Source: an uncultured Phycisphaerales bacterium (GTDB lineage Bacteria > Planctomycetota > Phycisphaerae > Tepidisphaerales > Tepidisphaeraceae). From it: a stretch of DNA of 64,000 nt. Shown in pieces: positions 31,967 through 42,958 of the stretch (its first letter is position 1; the number at the start of each line of letters is the position of its first letter). Under the pieces are notes generated by a model, which saw nothing but the letters and a program-made list of their open reading frames with translations, was not told the origin of the DNA and did not search any database. Where the stretch lies: positions 576,001 through 640,000 of the forward strand of contig CAWJPJ010000006.1 of the NCBI GenBank assembly GCA_963844715.1. Reading direction: 5' to 3'. Position numbers and translations under genes: made by a program.

Positions 31967-33613
31967 TCAATGTGCTAACGCCAGCAGCCGATGAACGCAA
32001 GTGACCGCCAGCGACCCATCCCCCACCGCGAACCCCACGCGCTTCGTCGATCCCGACCGGATATCTCCCGCTGCCAGAATGCCCGGCGTCGTCGTCTCCA
32101 GCGGAAGCGGGTCGCGATCCTTCGCCGGCCAGACTCCCGAACGCATCGCGTCCACCCCCGTCAACAAATACCCAAGTTTATCCCGCGCAACATTCTCCGG
32201 CAGCCACCGCGCCTCCGGCTCAGCCCCGATAAACACAAACACCGCTTCGCAATCCAGCGACCCCGCCGGTTTTCCATCCTTATCCTTCAGATCGATGCAA
32301 TCGACGCGCCGCTCCCCTCTAACGCAGGATATTTCGACCCCCTCGTGAACCTCAATATTCCTGGCCGCGCGGATTCGATTCGCCAGATACGACGACATCG
32401 CCGGGCCAAGCTTGCCGCGGATCAGAAGATGCACCGTGCGCTCCCGGCAGCATTCCGCCAGGTACATCGCCGCTTGCCCCGCGGAATTGCCCGCGCCCAC
32501 GACAGCCACATGACACTTGTCGTAAAGCAATGCCTCGACGCTCGTGCAGGCGTAAAAGACACCCGCTCGATCAAACCGCTCAATCCCCTCGGCGTCCAAC
32601 CGCCGCCAATTCACGCCCGTCGCCACCAGAATAACCGGCGCTTTCACGACCGTGCCGCAATCCAGTTGCACAGTATGGCAATCGCCTGGCCCCTGTGCCG
32701 GAATCAGACGCTGCACCGAAACCGGGGCCGCCATTTTCGCTCCGAACTTAAGCATCTGGAGCACCCCGCGCGTGGCCAGTTCCGCTCCCGAAAGCCCCGA
32801 CGGAAATCCGATGAAATTTTCGATCTTCGAAGACCCCCCCGCCTGTCCGCCCGGCCCGAATTTATCAAGCACCAGCGTCGCCAGTCCTTCCGACGCCGCA
32901 TAAACCGCCGCCGCGATCCCCGCCGGTCCCGCCCCGACGATAATAAAATCCACCTTCTGCCCCGGGCACCCTTTCCAGATCCCCGCGGCGTGCGCCAATT
33001 CCTGAAGCGATGGATTCACCAACACCCGCCCGTCCCCAAACTGAATCGCCGGCGTCTTCTTCGGCGACCCCATCGCCTCCCAGCGCCTTTTCCCCTCCTC
33101 CTTGGCCGTATCAAACCAAGTGAACGGAACGAAATTCTTGTATAGGAATTCCCGCACGACGACGGTGTCTTTGCATCGCCCCGGCCCGACGACCCTCAGC
33201 CCCAGGACCCCATGCTCCGACAGCGCCGTGCGCCGCGCAATGGCGGCGTTGAGCAGCTTCTCACCCAGCCGCGGGACGCGCGTCAGAACTTCGCGCAACT
33301 TTCCACTGGGAACCCGCAGCACCCGTGTGCGCCCGTGCGTGACCGCGTTGACGATGACCGGCCGACCGGTGAGAAGATCGATGTCGCCGACGAATTGATT
33401 GTCCTTGTGCCCGACGATCAGCTTGTTGTCATCCGCCGGATTCAAAATGTCGATGCACCCCGATTCGCACACGTACAAGTCGATGTTCGCGTCCCCCGCG
33501 TTGAGTATGGCGGTTCCGTCGGGGTGCTCCTCGGACGTCCCCATCTTTCGCAGCGCGTCCATCTCCTCGGCGTCCAGCTTGGGAAATAGCAGTTCTTGAT
33601 CGATCGTTGCCAT
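31967..33613 (-). CDS. cNMP-binding-domain thioredoxin-reductase-like FAD oxidoreductase
   Basis: N-terminal cNMP-like domain, VGAGPAG, SKIENFIGFP, GAGNSAGQ, AAGDIRSGSTKRV. Confidence 0.85.
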   Translation of the reverse strand: MATIDQELLFPKLDAEEMDALRKMGTSEEHPDGTAILNAGDANIDLYVCESGCIDILNPADDNKLIVGHKDNQFVGDIDLLTGRPVIVNAVTHGRTRVLRVPSGKLREVLTRVPRLGEKLLNAAIARRTALSEHGVLGLRVVGPGRCKDTVVVREFLYKNFVPFTWFDTAKEEGKRRWEAMGSPKKTPAIQFGDGRVLVNPSLQELAHAAGIWKGCPGQKVDFIIVGAGPAGIAAAVYAASEGLATLVLDKFGPGGQAGGSSKIENFIGFPSGLSGAELATRGVLQMLKFGAKMAAPVSVQRLIPAQGPGDCHTVQLDCGTVVKAPVILVATGVNWRRLDAEGIERFDRAGVFYACTSVEALLYDKCHVAVVGAGNSAGQAAMYLAECCRERTVHLLIRGKLGPAMSSYLANRIRAARNIEVHEGVEISCVRGERRVDCIDLKDKDGKPAGSLDCEAVFVFIGAEPEARWLPENVARDKLGYLLTGVDAMRSGVWPAKDRDPLPLETTTPGILAAGDIRSGSTKRVGFAVGDGSLAVTCVHRLLALAH

Positions 33614-33650
33614 CGGTGCCTCTCAATCCTATTGTTACGCCGGACATTGT

Positions 33651-34226
33651 ATGCACGCCGAGTCAAAACATCCGCAGCCCGATGAGCATCTTCTACTCGA
33701 AGTCACCGAGACCGACCACGCCATCGGCCCCGCCGACGCCCCCGTGACCCTCCTTGAATACGGCGACTACGAATGCCCCGACTGTTTCAACGCCGAGCCC
33801 GTCGTCTCGGAACTGCACCGACGCATGGGCGACCGTCTGCGTGTGGTTTTCCGCCATTTTCCCCACAGTTCCGTCCACCCCAGAGCCAGCGCTGCGGCCG
33901 CGGCGGCCGAGGCGGCGGCGGCGCAAGGCATGTTCTGGGAAATGCACCGCGCCCTCTTTAAGCACCAGCGGGAACTCGACACCCTCGATTTGGTGCACCT
34001 CGCTCTGAATCTCGGCTTGGAAATCTATCGCTTCAGCCAGGCCTTCGACTCCGACGCCATCGCCCGCCGCATTCGCAACGACTACGACGGCGCGATCCGC
34101 AACAAGCTCACCGGAACCCCCACCTTCTTCATCAACGGCCGGCGCTATCGCGGTCCGGCACAGGTCGAGCCAATGCTCGCCGCTCTCAGCGCCGCGACCC
34201 TAGAAAATCGACCAGCGCCCGGTTGA
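33651..34226 (+). CDS. DsbA-like thioredoxin-fold protein
   Basis: EYGDYECPDC, VFRHFP, GTPTFFING. Confidence 0.88.
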   Translation: MHAESKHPQPDEHLLLEVTETDHAIGPADAPVTLLEYGDYECPDCFNAEPVVSELHRRMGDRLRVVFRHFPHSSVHPRASAAAAAAEAAAAQGMFWEMHRALFKHQRELDTLDLVHLALNLGLEIYRFSQAFDSDAIARRIRNDYDGAIRNKLTGTPTFFINGRRYRGPAQVEPMLAALSAATLENRPAPG

Positions 34227-35025
34227 CCTCCTCCGCGTGCGTCCACGTGACGCCGTGCGGCCCATCCTTGATCACCACAAACTTCGCGTTCTTGACCATC
34301 TCCGCCGTGCGCTGCCCGGTCACCTCGATAGGCAGAATCCGATCCGCGTCGCCATGAATCACCAGCGTCGGCACGTTGATCTTCGGCAGATCCTTTCGGA
34401 AATCCGTGAGCCACGCCGAAACGCAATCAAGCGTCCCCTTGGGCGACGCGATCGCCCCGATATTCCAGCTCGCCTGCACAGCCTGCTGGCTGATTCGCTT
34501 CCCGCCCAGGACATCCACGTTGTAAAAGTTCTTCAGAAACTCAGTCAAAAAAGCCAGCCGATCCGCGACAATCGCCTGTTTGATCCCCTCGAACACGCCG
34601 CCGTCAACGCCAGTTGGATTATCCCCCGCCTTCAGCAGGAACGGCGGAATCGACGAGATAAACACCGCCCGCGTGACCCGCTCATTGACGTGCGTGCCGA
34701 GATATCGAGCCACTTCCCCGCCCCCCATCGAGAATCCGACGATCGTCGCATCGCGCAAATCAAGCTTCGTGATGAGCTGATGCAGGTCGGCCGACATCGT
34801 ATCGTACTCATACCCAAACGTCGGCTTGCTCGATTCGCCGAACCCCCGCCGGTCATAGGTAACCACGCGATACCCCGCCGACATCAGCGCCGGGATTTGC
34901 TTCTCCCAGGACTTCCCGCTCAGCGGCCATCCGTGAATGAGAACCACCGGCTTCCCTTGCCCATGGTCTTCGTAATAGAGATTGATGTTTCCCGAGTTTT
35001 CTTTTCCAACGCTGACGAATGGCAT
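34186..35025 (-). CDS. Alpha/beta hydrolase, non-heme haloperoxidase-like
   Basis: IHGWPL, YDRRGFG, GFSMGGG, HGDADRI, GPHG. Confidence 0.9.
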   Translation of the reverse strand: MPFVSVGKENSGNINLYYEDHGQGKPVVLIHGWPLSGKSWEKQIPALMSAGYRVVTYDRRGFGESSKPTFGYEYDTMSADLHQLITKLDLRDATIVGFSMGGGEVARYLGTHVNERVTRAVFISSIPPFLLKAGDNPTGVDGGVFEGIKQAIVADRLAFLTEFLKNFYNVDVLGGKRISQQAVQASWNIGAIASPKGTLDCVSAWLTDFRKDLPKINVPTLVIHGDADRILPIEVTGQRTAEMVKNAKFVVIKDGPHGVTWTHAEEVNRALVDFLGSRR

Positions 35026-35128
35026 AAAGACGCTCCCAGTAAAACCTTCGGCCCCGAAACTGTAGGCTCGGAGCCGGGGAAATAGGTAGTGTTAATTCTT
35101 TTGAACAAATGAACACAGCGCAAACAAT

Positions 35129-35171
35129 AAACCCCTGAGGCCAGGCCGTAAGCCACGTACCTCAGGGGTTT
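35129..35171. terminator. Hairpin downstream of tRNA-Asp
   Basis: AAACCCCTGAGG / CCTCAGGGGTTT 12-bp inverted repeat. Confidence 0.65.
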
Positions 35172-35182
35172 TTCCCTGTATG

Positions 35183-35256
<74 letters not shown>

Positions 35257-35357
35257 GAGTAAAAACTCGAGTCCTTTGTATCTATTCTAACCCCCGAAAA
35301 TGTCAAGCCTTGACCGAATCGCGCAATCTGAGAATGATAGCTGCCAAGGACACGCTC

Positions 35358-36050
35358 ATGCCGAAATTCTCGGTGGTTTTATTGACAGTCCCCGCCGGCG
35401 CCGGCCTCGACCCCGGCGGCGCCACCGTCAAAGTCGACGGCCGAGAGTGCCTCTTGCGCAGTGTCGAGCTATTTTTGAACCGCGACAACATCTCGCAAAT
35501 CCAATTAGCCGTCCTCCCCGCCGCCATCGAGGAATCCAAACGCAAATTCGGCGGCCACTTGGGCTTCTCCGGCGTAAAACTAGTCCCCGGCGGCCCCACC
35601 TGGCTGGACCAACTCGCCGCCGCCGGAGAAAAACTCTCCGCCGAGTGCTCCCACGTAATCATCCACGACGCCGCCCGCCCCGCAGTCGCCTACAGCGACA
35701 TCGATGCCCTCATCGCCGAATCCGAAAAGCACCCCATCGTCGCCCTGGCCACCCAATTAAAAGCCACCATCGCCCAATTAGACGATTCCGGTAAACCCCT
35801 AAGCCTCAACCCCCCGCAAAAGTTCATGCAGGTCGTCACCCCCTGGTCCATGAAGCGCGACAAATTCCTCGAAATAGCCAAAACCAAAAAAGACCCCGCC
35901 CCCGCCGACATCCATCTCCTCCGCGGCTCCAACCTAAACATCCGAGTCAACGGCTCCTCCGACGCCGCCCTGGCCAAAGTCATGATCGGAATGCTCCCCA
36001 AGCCCAAGATGCGTGCCGCCGAGAACCCCTTCGAAGAAGCGCAGTGGTAA
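35358..36050 (+). CDS. IspD-like nucleotidyltransferase-fold protein (atypical)
   Basis: VIIHDAARP, QVVTP, NIRV. The N-terminal Gly-rich AAGxGxR motif is absent. Confidence 0.65.
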   Translation: MPKFSVVLLTVPAGAGLDPGGATVKVDGRECLLRSVELFLNRDNISQIQLAVLPAAIEESKRKFGGHLGFSGVKLVPGGPTWLDQLAAAGEKLSAECSHVIIHDAARPAVAYSDIDALIAESEKHPIVALATQLKATIAQLDDSGKPLSLNPPQKFMQVVTPWSMKRDKFLEIAKTKKDPAPADIHLLRGSNLNIRVNGSSDAALAKVMIGMLPKPKMRAAENPFEEAQW

Positions 36051-36224
36051 TCGGCTGCATGGCGCGACAACTGGCCAGGTCAGCGGAAGGTCGATCTCAC
36101 GCAAAATTACCCGGCGAATTTCGCCACGATGGGTGAGGAGTGGGCGCGCGATCGAAGTGTGATCCGTAAAACCGAAAACAAATTTCCGCCCGCCGAAAAT
36201 TCTTCGGATGCGCGGAACCGCGCC

Positions 36225-36307
36225 GACAAAACTTGACACTTTTAATGTGAATGGCGGATTGGGCAAACCGGATGGCTTGCGGGATATATGATTTACATTG
36301 AACAAAC
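36225..36307. repeat. Conserved non-coding module; inverted copy at 43013-43077
   Basis: GACAAAACTTGACACTTTT ... GGGATATATGATTTACATTGAACAAAC versus the reverse complement of the second copy, GACAAAAGTTGACACTTTT ... GGGATATCTGATTTATATTAAACAAAC. Confidence 0.7.
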
Positions 36308-36351
36308 TCTGGAAGAGTCACGAGCAGCCACGGGACGGCTCGCATTTTCCA

Positions 36352-36399
36352 GCAACTGGCACCTAGCCGCAGGGCCCCGGTTGTGGCCAACTAGCAACT
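36352..36399 (+). repeat. GCAACT(G/A) heptamer run split by a GC hairpin; direct copy at 42959-43007
   Basis: GCAACTG GCACCTA [GCCGCA...TGTGGC] CAACTA GCAACT. Confidence 0.6.
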
Positions 36400-36460
36400 C
36401 GCCCCAATCTTGATCCTAATCTCCGAAAGGAATACTTGGGAAACCGAAAAAGGAAAACTG

Positions 36461-37237
36461 AAAAAGGTGACATCCACCATTGTTGACGCGTTCCGCGGTT
36501 TGGGTTAGGTTTTTTCTATGCCTCGCACTTCTCGTGCCGCGGTGGGCGGCGTGGTTTATCACGTGCTCAACCGTGGCAACGGCCGCATGAAAATCTTCCG
36601 CAAGCCGGGCGATTATGAGGTGTTCGTGGACCTGATGATCGCCGCCAAGCAGCGGGCCGCCGTTGAGATATTCGGATTCTGTTTGATGCCCAATCATTGG
36701 CATCTGGTTTTGCGTCCGCGCCGCGATCGGGATTTGGCCTCATATCTGTCCTGGCTCACCAATACCCACGTGAAGCGTTATCGCGCTCACTACCGCCGCA
36801 CGAGCGGGCACCTTTACCAGGGGCGTTACAAGAGTTTCGCGGTGGAAGAGGACGCGTATTTGCTCACGCTGCTGCGCTACGTCGAGGCCAATCCGCTGCG
36901 CGGCAAGCTCGTCAGGGGGGCCGAAGAATGGCGCTGGTCGAGTCTGGGGTGCGACGCGAAAGTATCCAGGGCGCTGCTGGACGCTTGGCCGATCGAGCGG
37001 CCGCGGAATTGGAAATCGCTGGTGAACGAGGCGATCGCCCCAGGCGAAATGAAGCGGCTAAACCAGAGTTTCAAACGGGATCGGCCGCTGGGAAGCGCGA
37101 TGTGGACTATGCAAATGGTGCAGCGGATGGGATTGCAATACACGCTCAATCCGCGTGGGCGGCCCAGGAAGACGGGAACGAAGGCGTGATTTGATGGATG
37201 TCACCTTTTTTATCTGATTTGATGGATGTCACCTTTG
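36461..37237 (+). mobile_element. RAYT-like element bounded by AAAGGTGACATCCA inverted repeats
   Basis: Perfect 16-bp inverted repeat at 36461-36476 and 37195-37210, plus a tandem duplicate at 37215-37236. Confidence 0.7.
36518..37189 (+). CDS. REP-associated tyrosine transposase (HUH Y1)
   Basis: YHVLNRGNGR, FCLMPNHWHLVL, GHLYQGRY, RYVEANP, WRWSS, RGRP. Confidence 0.92.
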   Translation: MPRTSRAAVGGVVYHVLNRGNGRMKIFRKPGDYEVFVDLMIAAKQRAAVEIFGFCLMPNHWHLVLRPRRDRDLASYLSWLTNTHVKRYRAHYRRTSGHLYQGRYKSFAVEEDAYLLTLLRYVEANPLRGKLVRGAEEWRWSSLGCDAKVSRALLDAWPIERPRNWKSLVNEAIAPGEMKRLNQSFKRDRPLGSAMWTMQMVQRMGLQYTLNPRGRPRKTGTKA

Positions 37238-37304
37238 TCCACCCCACCTTTGTCCTTTCCTTTGTCCTTTCTTTGTCCTATAGCCGAGAAATGCCATACC
37301 GATT

Positions 37305-38111
37305 ATGATTCCCCCTTTGCGGGATGCAGATAAGGCCGCCGGCATGCCTCCACTTATCCAAACCAGTTTTCAGCGAGGTGGCGTGAAGGGTGTTGCACTG
37401 CTAGGGCCGTTTGGCAGTAAGCCTGACTTGCTCGTCCAGGGCCTGAAATTATCCGTCGGCCAATGCGTATGTTTATATGAAGAAACCGAAGAGATCGACG
37501 CAAAACGCGGTCAACTGCAAGTCGATGCTGTCATCGGCGGGTGGAACGAGGAGCACCAATGCTGGTTTGCAAAATACGATTGGGACGCCTTGAAATGGGC
37601 GCCTGCGGTGCCAGGCGTGGCCAGCGATAGGCGAAAGAACGAGGTCCGACGCAAAATTGAGTTGGCAGTTGCGACTACCCCGTCGCCCGGCGACCAATTT
37701 GACGATATTTCTGCCACGAAGCAGGACGAGGGCATCGTCGATTATTTCAGGGGAACGACCTGGCAAGGGCACCGCGTTCAGGACCTCCGATATCATGAGG
37801 CAGCGCTTTCATTTTTTACGGATGAGGCTTTTCGATATTGGCTTCCAGCCTTCATGATTGCCGAACTCGAGAACCCTGAGGAGGCAGACGTCATCGCCGA
37901 GGGGATCGCCTTTCATTTGACTGATCTGCCTTCTGCGGAGGCAAGGCTTCGCCAATTTGTGCCAATGAACTCGAAGCAATCGCTGCTTTTTTGGATTTAT
38001 GCGCCGAAAGATACAATGACCGCAGGTTTCATGAGGCTAGTACCGCCGTCCATACCCGCATCCGTTAAGCAGAACCCCGTGTCGCGGGGAACGACGAAGG
38101 TGACATGGTGA
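37305..38111 (+). CDS. Hypothetical protein, possibly two fused or frameshifted small genes
   Basis: Lower GC. N-part ends WFAKYDWDALKW; C-part contains LSFFTDEAFRYWLPAFM. Confidence 0.5.
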   Translation: MIPPLRDADKAAGMPPLIQTSFQRGGVKGVALLGPFGSKPDLLVQGLKLSVGQCVCLYEETEEIDAKRGQLQVDAVIGGWNEEHQCWFAKYDWDALKWAPAVPGVASDRRKNEVRRKIELAVATTPSPGDQFDDISATKQDEGIVDYFRGTTWQGHRVQDLRYHEAALSFFTDEAFRYWLPAFMIAELENPEEADVIAEGIAFHLTDLPSAEARLRQFVPMNSKQSLLFWIYAPKDTMTAGFMRLVPPSIPASVKQNPVSRGTTKVTW

Positions 38112-38276
38112 CGTCCACGCAACAAAGGTGACCCGACAAGATACTCCCGCCCAGCGCCATCCCGCAAACCGCCGCGGCGGGCCCCGAAAGGACTTACATC
38201 CCACCGCGTCACAGCCGATAATCCAATGATGTATCCCGGCGTTCGATTCGATCGCTCCACGCGCCACGATCGTTGG

Positions 38277-39294
38277 ATGGACCCCGCCGCCCGTCCGGGC
38301 CTCGCATCCATCATCATCCCAACCTTCAACCGCGCCGCTCTTCTCGATGAAGCACTCGCCTCGGCTCACGCCCAGACCTATCGCCCCATCGAAATCCTCG
38401 TCGTCGATGACGGGTCCACCGACGATACCCCCGCCGTCCTCGCTCGTTGGCAGGACAAACTTCGCGGCGATCCCGCCATTTCCCTCCGCACGTTCCGCCA
38501 GGCCAACTCCGGCGTCAGCTCCGCCCTCAACCTCGGGCTGATCGAATCCGCCGGCGAGTTCATCCAATTCCTCGACTCCGATGACATCCTCTTTCCGGAA
38601 AAACTGCGGCTACAAATCGCGTCCCTGCAACGCCATCCCGAAGCCGGTCTCGCCTTCAGCCAGTCGGCTGACCTTGTCCCGGGCAAAACCGAGCAGCCGC
38701 CCTCCCTCGACAGCGCCGTCGTGGTTCCAAGCGCCGGCTACTATTTGCAAAACGACATACTGCGAATACAGGCCGTCTATCGCCGCCAGACCTGCCTCGC
38801 CGCCGGCCCCTGGTCCGAAGATATCAAGCTCAGCGAAGACCGCGAATACAACTTTCGCATTTTGCTCATCAGCGACAGAATCGTCCACCTCCCCGGCAAG
38901 CTCGCCGCCATTCGAATCCACCCCGCCGGGCGTCTCATGGATTTGTATTACCAGCCTGAGGGATTTCGCATTCGCCTTCGCGCCCTGGACATGATGGCGG
39001 ATGTCGCCAAGTCAGGAAACTGTCTTCATAGTCCGTCGCTCATCGGCACTTTGGCGCAGCGCTACACCGGCTTCATCGACCGATGCGCTGGAACGAGGCG
39101 AGTCGGAAATGGTGACCGCCGCCATCCGATCCTGCAAAGCGCTGCCGATCTCGCCGTCGCGTCGGGCGAGACTGACCGTCTACCAGTTATTCAACGTTTT
39201 CCCGCCGGCCATTTATCGCTCCTGGGCGTCCCTCTGGCAAAACCTCCGCCGCCGACTTCTTCGCGGGCGAACAGACCATCCGAAACCCGAATGA
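38277..39294 (+). CDS. Family 2 glycosyltransferase; frameshift near 39080
   Basis: SIIIPTFNR, VVDDGSTD, FLDSDD, SED. Confidence 0.85.
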
Positions 39295-39320
39295 CGCGAA
39301 AGGCACGCGAAACCTTTAGC

Positions 39321-40194
39321 ATGGCCACCTCCCCTTCCATTTCCATCGTCGTACCGAATTTCAACGGCGCGGCGACGCTCGACGCAACTCTGCAATGCCT
39401 CGTCGACCAGCACTATCCCGGCCTAGAAATCATCGTCGTCGACGGCGGCTCGACCGACGGCAGCGTCGACATCATCAAGAAGTTTGAGCCGCACCTCACG
39501 TGGTGGGTTAGCGAAAAAGACGGCGGCCAGAGCGAGGCCCTCAACAAGGGCCTTGCCCGCTGCACGGGCGAGATCGTCAACTGGCTCTGCAGCGACGATC
39601 TTCTAACGCCCGGGGGCATTGCAGCTCGTCGGCGAAAAGTTCGCTGCCGACCCGACCATGGACGTGCTGGTCGGGTCCTGCAAAAAAGTCTCAATCAAAG
39701 GCGACTGGTCCAGCCTGTGGAAATCCGACGCCCGCCGAATCGAACTCATGCCCTGCTGCAACCCCATCCCCCAATCAAGCTGCTTTTTCCGGCGTCAATT
39801 GTTGGTGCGCAAACCGCCGTTGGATGAATCGTTCCACTATACCATGGATTTCGAACTCTGGTGCTATTTCAAATCCCAGGGCGCCCGCTTCGGCGTGTGC
39901 GACGAAGTGCTCAGCCTCTTCCAATTCAGCGACAACAATAAAACCGCCGTCGGCGGGAAAAAGATCATCGACGAGTTTCAGCGGATCTATAAACGTTACG
40001 TCACCGAGCGCATCCCCCTCATTTTCTGGCAACGCCATTTCAAATTCCCCGTAGAACGAATTCGCCAGAAATACCGCAACCCCGTCGTTTTCTATCTCAC
40101 CCGTTGTTACACCGGACCCCTCACCCGCCTATTAGGATTGTTCTATGGCCGCCAGCGGGCAAACGCGATGAACTGGGAATGGGTGAAGCTTTAA
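39321..40194 (+). CDS. Family 2 glycosyltransferase; frameshift near 39615
   Basis: ISIVVPNFN, VDGGSTDGS, WLCSDD, then HYTMDFELW in ORF 39619..40194. Confidence 0.85.
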
Positions 40195-40202
40195 AATCTT
40201 AC

Positions 40203-41340
40203 CTAACCGTGTGAACTTTCCCGTTTCGTTCGCACCATTTTCTCAACCTCACCCAAAAATTCTTTAGCCCGGCAATGCCACGACTGGGAGGCGATGTAAG
40301 TTTTTCTCGCCGCAATGTCGGGCGCGTGGCCCCCGGCGAGGATTTCGCGAATAAGGCCGATCGCCTCGCCCGCGTCTTTGGCAATATGGATATGCGGCAG
40401 ATGTTCCTGAGCCTCGCGCACCGGAGTCGAGATGATCGGACGATCCGTGGTGAGGTAATCATAAAGCCGCAGCGGCGAGCGCCGGTCGCCGAACGCGTCA
40501 GCGCGAAGGAAGTTCATCAAGATGTCGAAGCTGCGCATGTAAGCGGGCATAAGCCGGTAATCGCGCCAGCCGAGCCATAGCATGTTGGGGTTGCTGCGAA
40601 ATAGGTTTGAGATTTCCCGCCGCGCCTGGGGTGCCGAATCTCCCATGCGGCCCAGAAAACAGAATCGCACCTCGGGCAGAGCCCGGGCAATCGCCTGAAT
40701 ATATTCCCAATCGTAATCCCGGTTGATGACGCCGACGCTGCCGATGAGCGGTTTATCAGCAGGCAAGTCAGCGGGGCGCGCGGAGGCATCGTCCAGAAAC
40801 CAATCGCAAAACCCGTTGGGGAGATAGAAAACCTTGGCACGGGTGCGACTCCCCAGGTCGCTGATCATCAATCGCGAAACAGCGAACACGGCGTCAACAT
40901 TCTCCAAAAGGCGGGTCTCAAAAGGCCGAATGTAGTTCGCCCCCCAGGTCCAATGCTCAAACGGATCCTTGCAGTAATAGACCCGCGTCACGTCGCAGAG
41001 TTTCTCCGCGAGATAAGCCAGTTGCGGCCACGTGAAAACAACCACATCAGGTGTCCCGGTTTGGCTAAATCGCTTCCGGCAAAACCAGTTGGAAAGAGAG
41101 GCGGATACATGATTCCACCGCCGAGGCACCAGCAGCTTGGCATGCGCAATCCCGTCCCCGTTGCGCCGACCATCGCCAGGATTTAAGAAGTTGATCGAGC
41201 CTGGGAACGCGCCGAACAGGCTCGACGTCCAGATAGGAAACCTCGGCGTACCGCGCCACTTGGCCAAAAAAGTCCCGAATACGCGGATTCTGGGTGCCAA
41301 TAACCAGAAAGGACAGCTTCTTTGAGGAATGCGGGGACAC
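40203..41340 (-). CDS. GT-B (family 4-like) glycosyltransferase; frameshift near 41160
   Basis: YYCKD, DAVFAVS, YLPNG, SPLRLYDYL, PIIST; N-terminus in ORF 41065..41340. Confidence 0.8.
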
Positions 41341-41715
41341 TGTAGTTCAAGTCGGCATGCGGAATAAGCCGCATTAGATTTTGAGGGGGATGAGGGGCAA
41401 CGCCAAACGATAACGCGGGCAGGCTGGCCGTTTTCGTTCGCCAAAAGCTCCCGGCAGGACGCTGCAAAAGTCCGGCGAGGCAAAATGTGCCCGTACATTC
41501 CGACAATTCCAGAATTTATTTGCGTCGTTCCTTCTTCGGTGAAAGAGAGCGCGAAAGTGCCCTGACGAGATCGTCATCCGGCTTTATTCGCAATCAACAT
41601 CGCCCCGCGAAATACAATTCGCACCCCAGCGCCCATCTTCCCGCCCGGAATTGCGCTACACTCGTCAAGCTGTTCATCAAAAACCCAAAACAACTTGTTT
41701 TCCGGAGAACGACTC

Positions 41716-42487
41716 ATGTCCACTGAAACCTTAAACGCCAAGCCCATCCCCGTTTCCAACCTCACCGTGTCCGAAAAGAATTCGCCGCACCTGATGCCGA
41801 CTTCGCCAAGCAGCGCCCGACAAGCCCCAGCCCGCCCACAAAACTCCGGCCGAACTCGCCGCCGCCGCCGCCCAGGCCAAACCGGAAGTCCTCCGGCTGC
41901 TCCTCGAGGATTTGGCGTCCCCCGATCGACTGCGCCGCGCCACCGCTGCCGCGGCCCTGGGCCGCATGGCAGATGTCGCCGCCGTCCCCCCGCTCATCGC
42001 CGCCCTCAGAGACCCCGACGCCGACGTCGCCCGCAACGCCGCCGCTTCCCTCGGCTCCCTAGGCAATCCCGCCGCCGTCGACCCGCTCATCGCCGTCGTG
42101 GATAACCCCGCCGGCTTTTTCCACGTCGGCGTCCGAATCGCCGCAACCCACAGTCTAGGCCAACTGCGCGACCTCCGCGCCGTCCCGCCATTGCTCGACG
42201 CCGTCAGGAACCCCATCGCCGAAGCCAGTGCCGAAGCGATCCGCGCCCTCGCCTCGATCCCCGACCCCCGAGTCCTTCCCGCTCTTCTCCAGGTCATCCG
42301 AAACGAGCAAAACTTCTTCCTCTCCACCACGCGCCGCGCCGCCATACTCGCCCTGGCCCAGGTCGGCGGCGAGCAAGCCCTCTGCGAACTCCATTTCATC
42401 GCCGCAAACCAATGGGAAGACACCGCCCTCCGCGCCGCCGCGATAGAAGTTGCCCCAAAAACCTCGATGTCCGCCGCCGGCGCCTGA
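41716..42487 (+). CDS. HEAT-repeat protein; frameshift in the 5' part
   Basis: Repeated AVPPLIAALRDPDADV-type units; GGAG RBS before ATG 41716. Confidence 0.8.
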
Positions 42488-42711
42488 TCGCGGCCCAAAT
42501 AAATCGCGAGCGCTCTGCCAACTGGTCCACTGGCGCGTTCCCGCTCCACTCTCCACCGCTCTAGTAAAACATCCGCCGAATGGGGCGGGTCTTTCAGCAG
42601 CAGGGGCGCGATATAGACCTAACCCAGTGACCGATGCAACGCGGGCTCGGATTTTGGTTTCAATTCGACGTCGCAACGTAAGGGACCATTCAGCCACTGC
42701 TTGGGAAATTT

Positions 42712-42733
42712 CAAAGGTGACATCCATCAAATC
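42712..42733. repeat. Dispersed copy of the RAYT-flanking repeat
   Basis: CAAAGGTGACATCCATCAAATC is the exact reverse complement of 37216-37237. Confidence 0.85.
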
Positions 42734-42958
42734 GGAGGAGTACAAGCTACAGAAGAAAGCTGGCACTCAACATTTCCGCCGCACCCTCAAACGAAACGGC
42801 CCCATCAAACACACCCACAAACTCCCCACATACGCAACCTCGATTCCACTCTCCCCTGAACGGCGAGGTCGGCCAATGCGGGCGCGTCTTGGGATGGTTT
42901 GAGCCCGCCGCATTGTCGGCGGAAGAATCTTCTAAGTCTTTACCGCAATTCCCCACCG

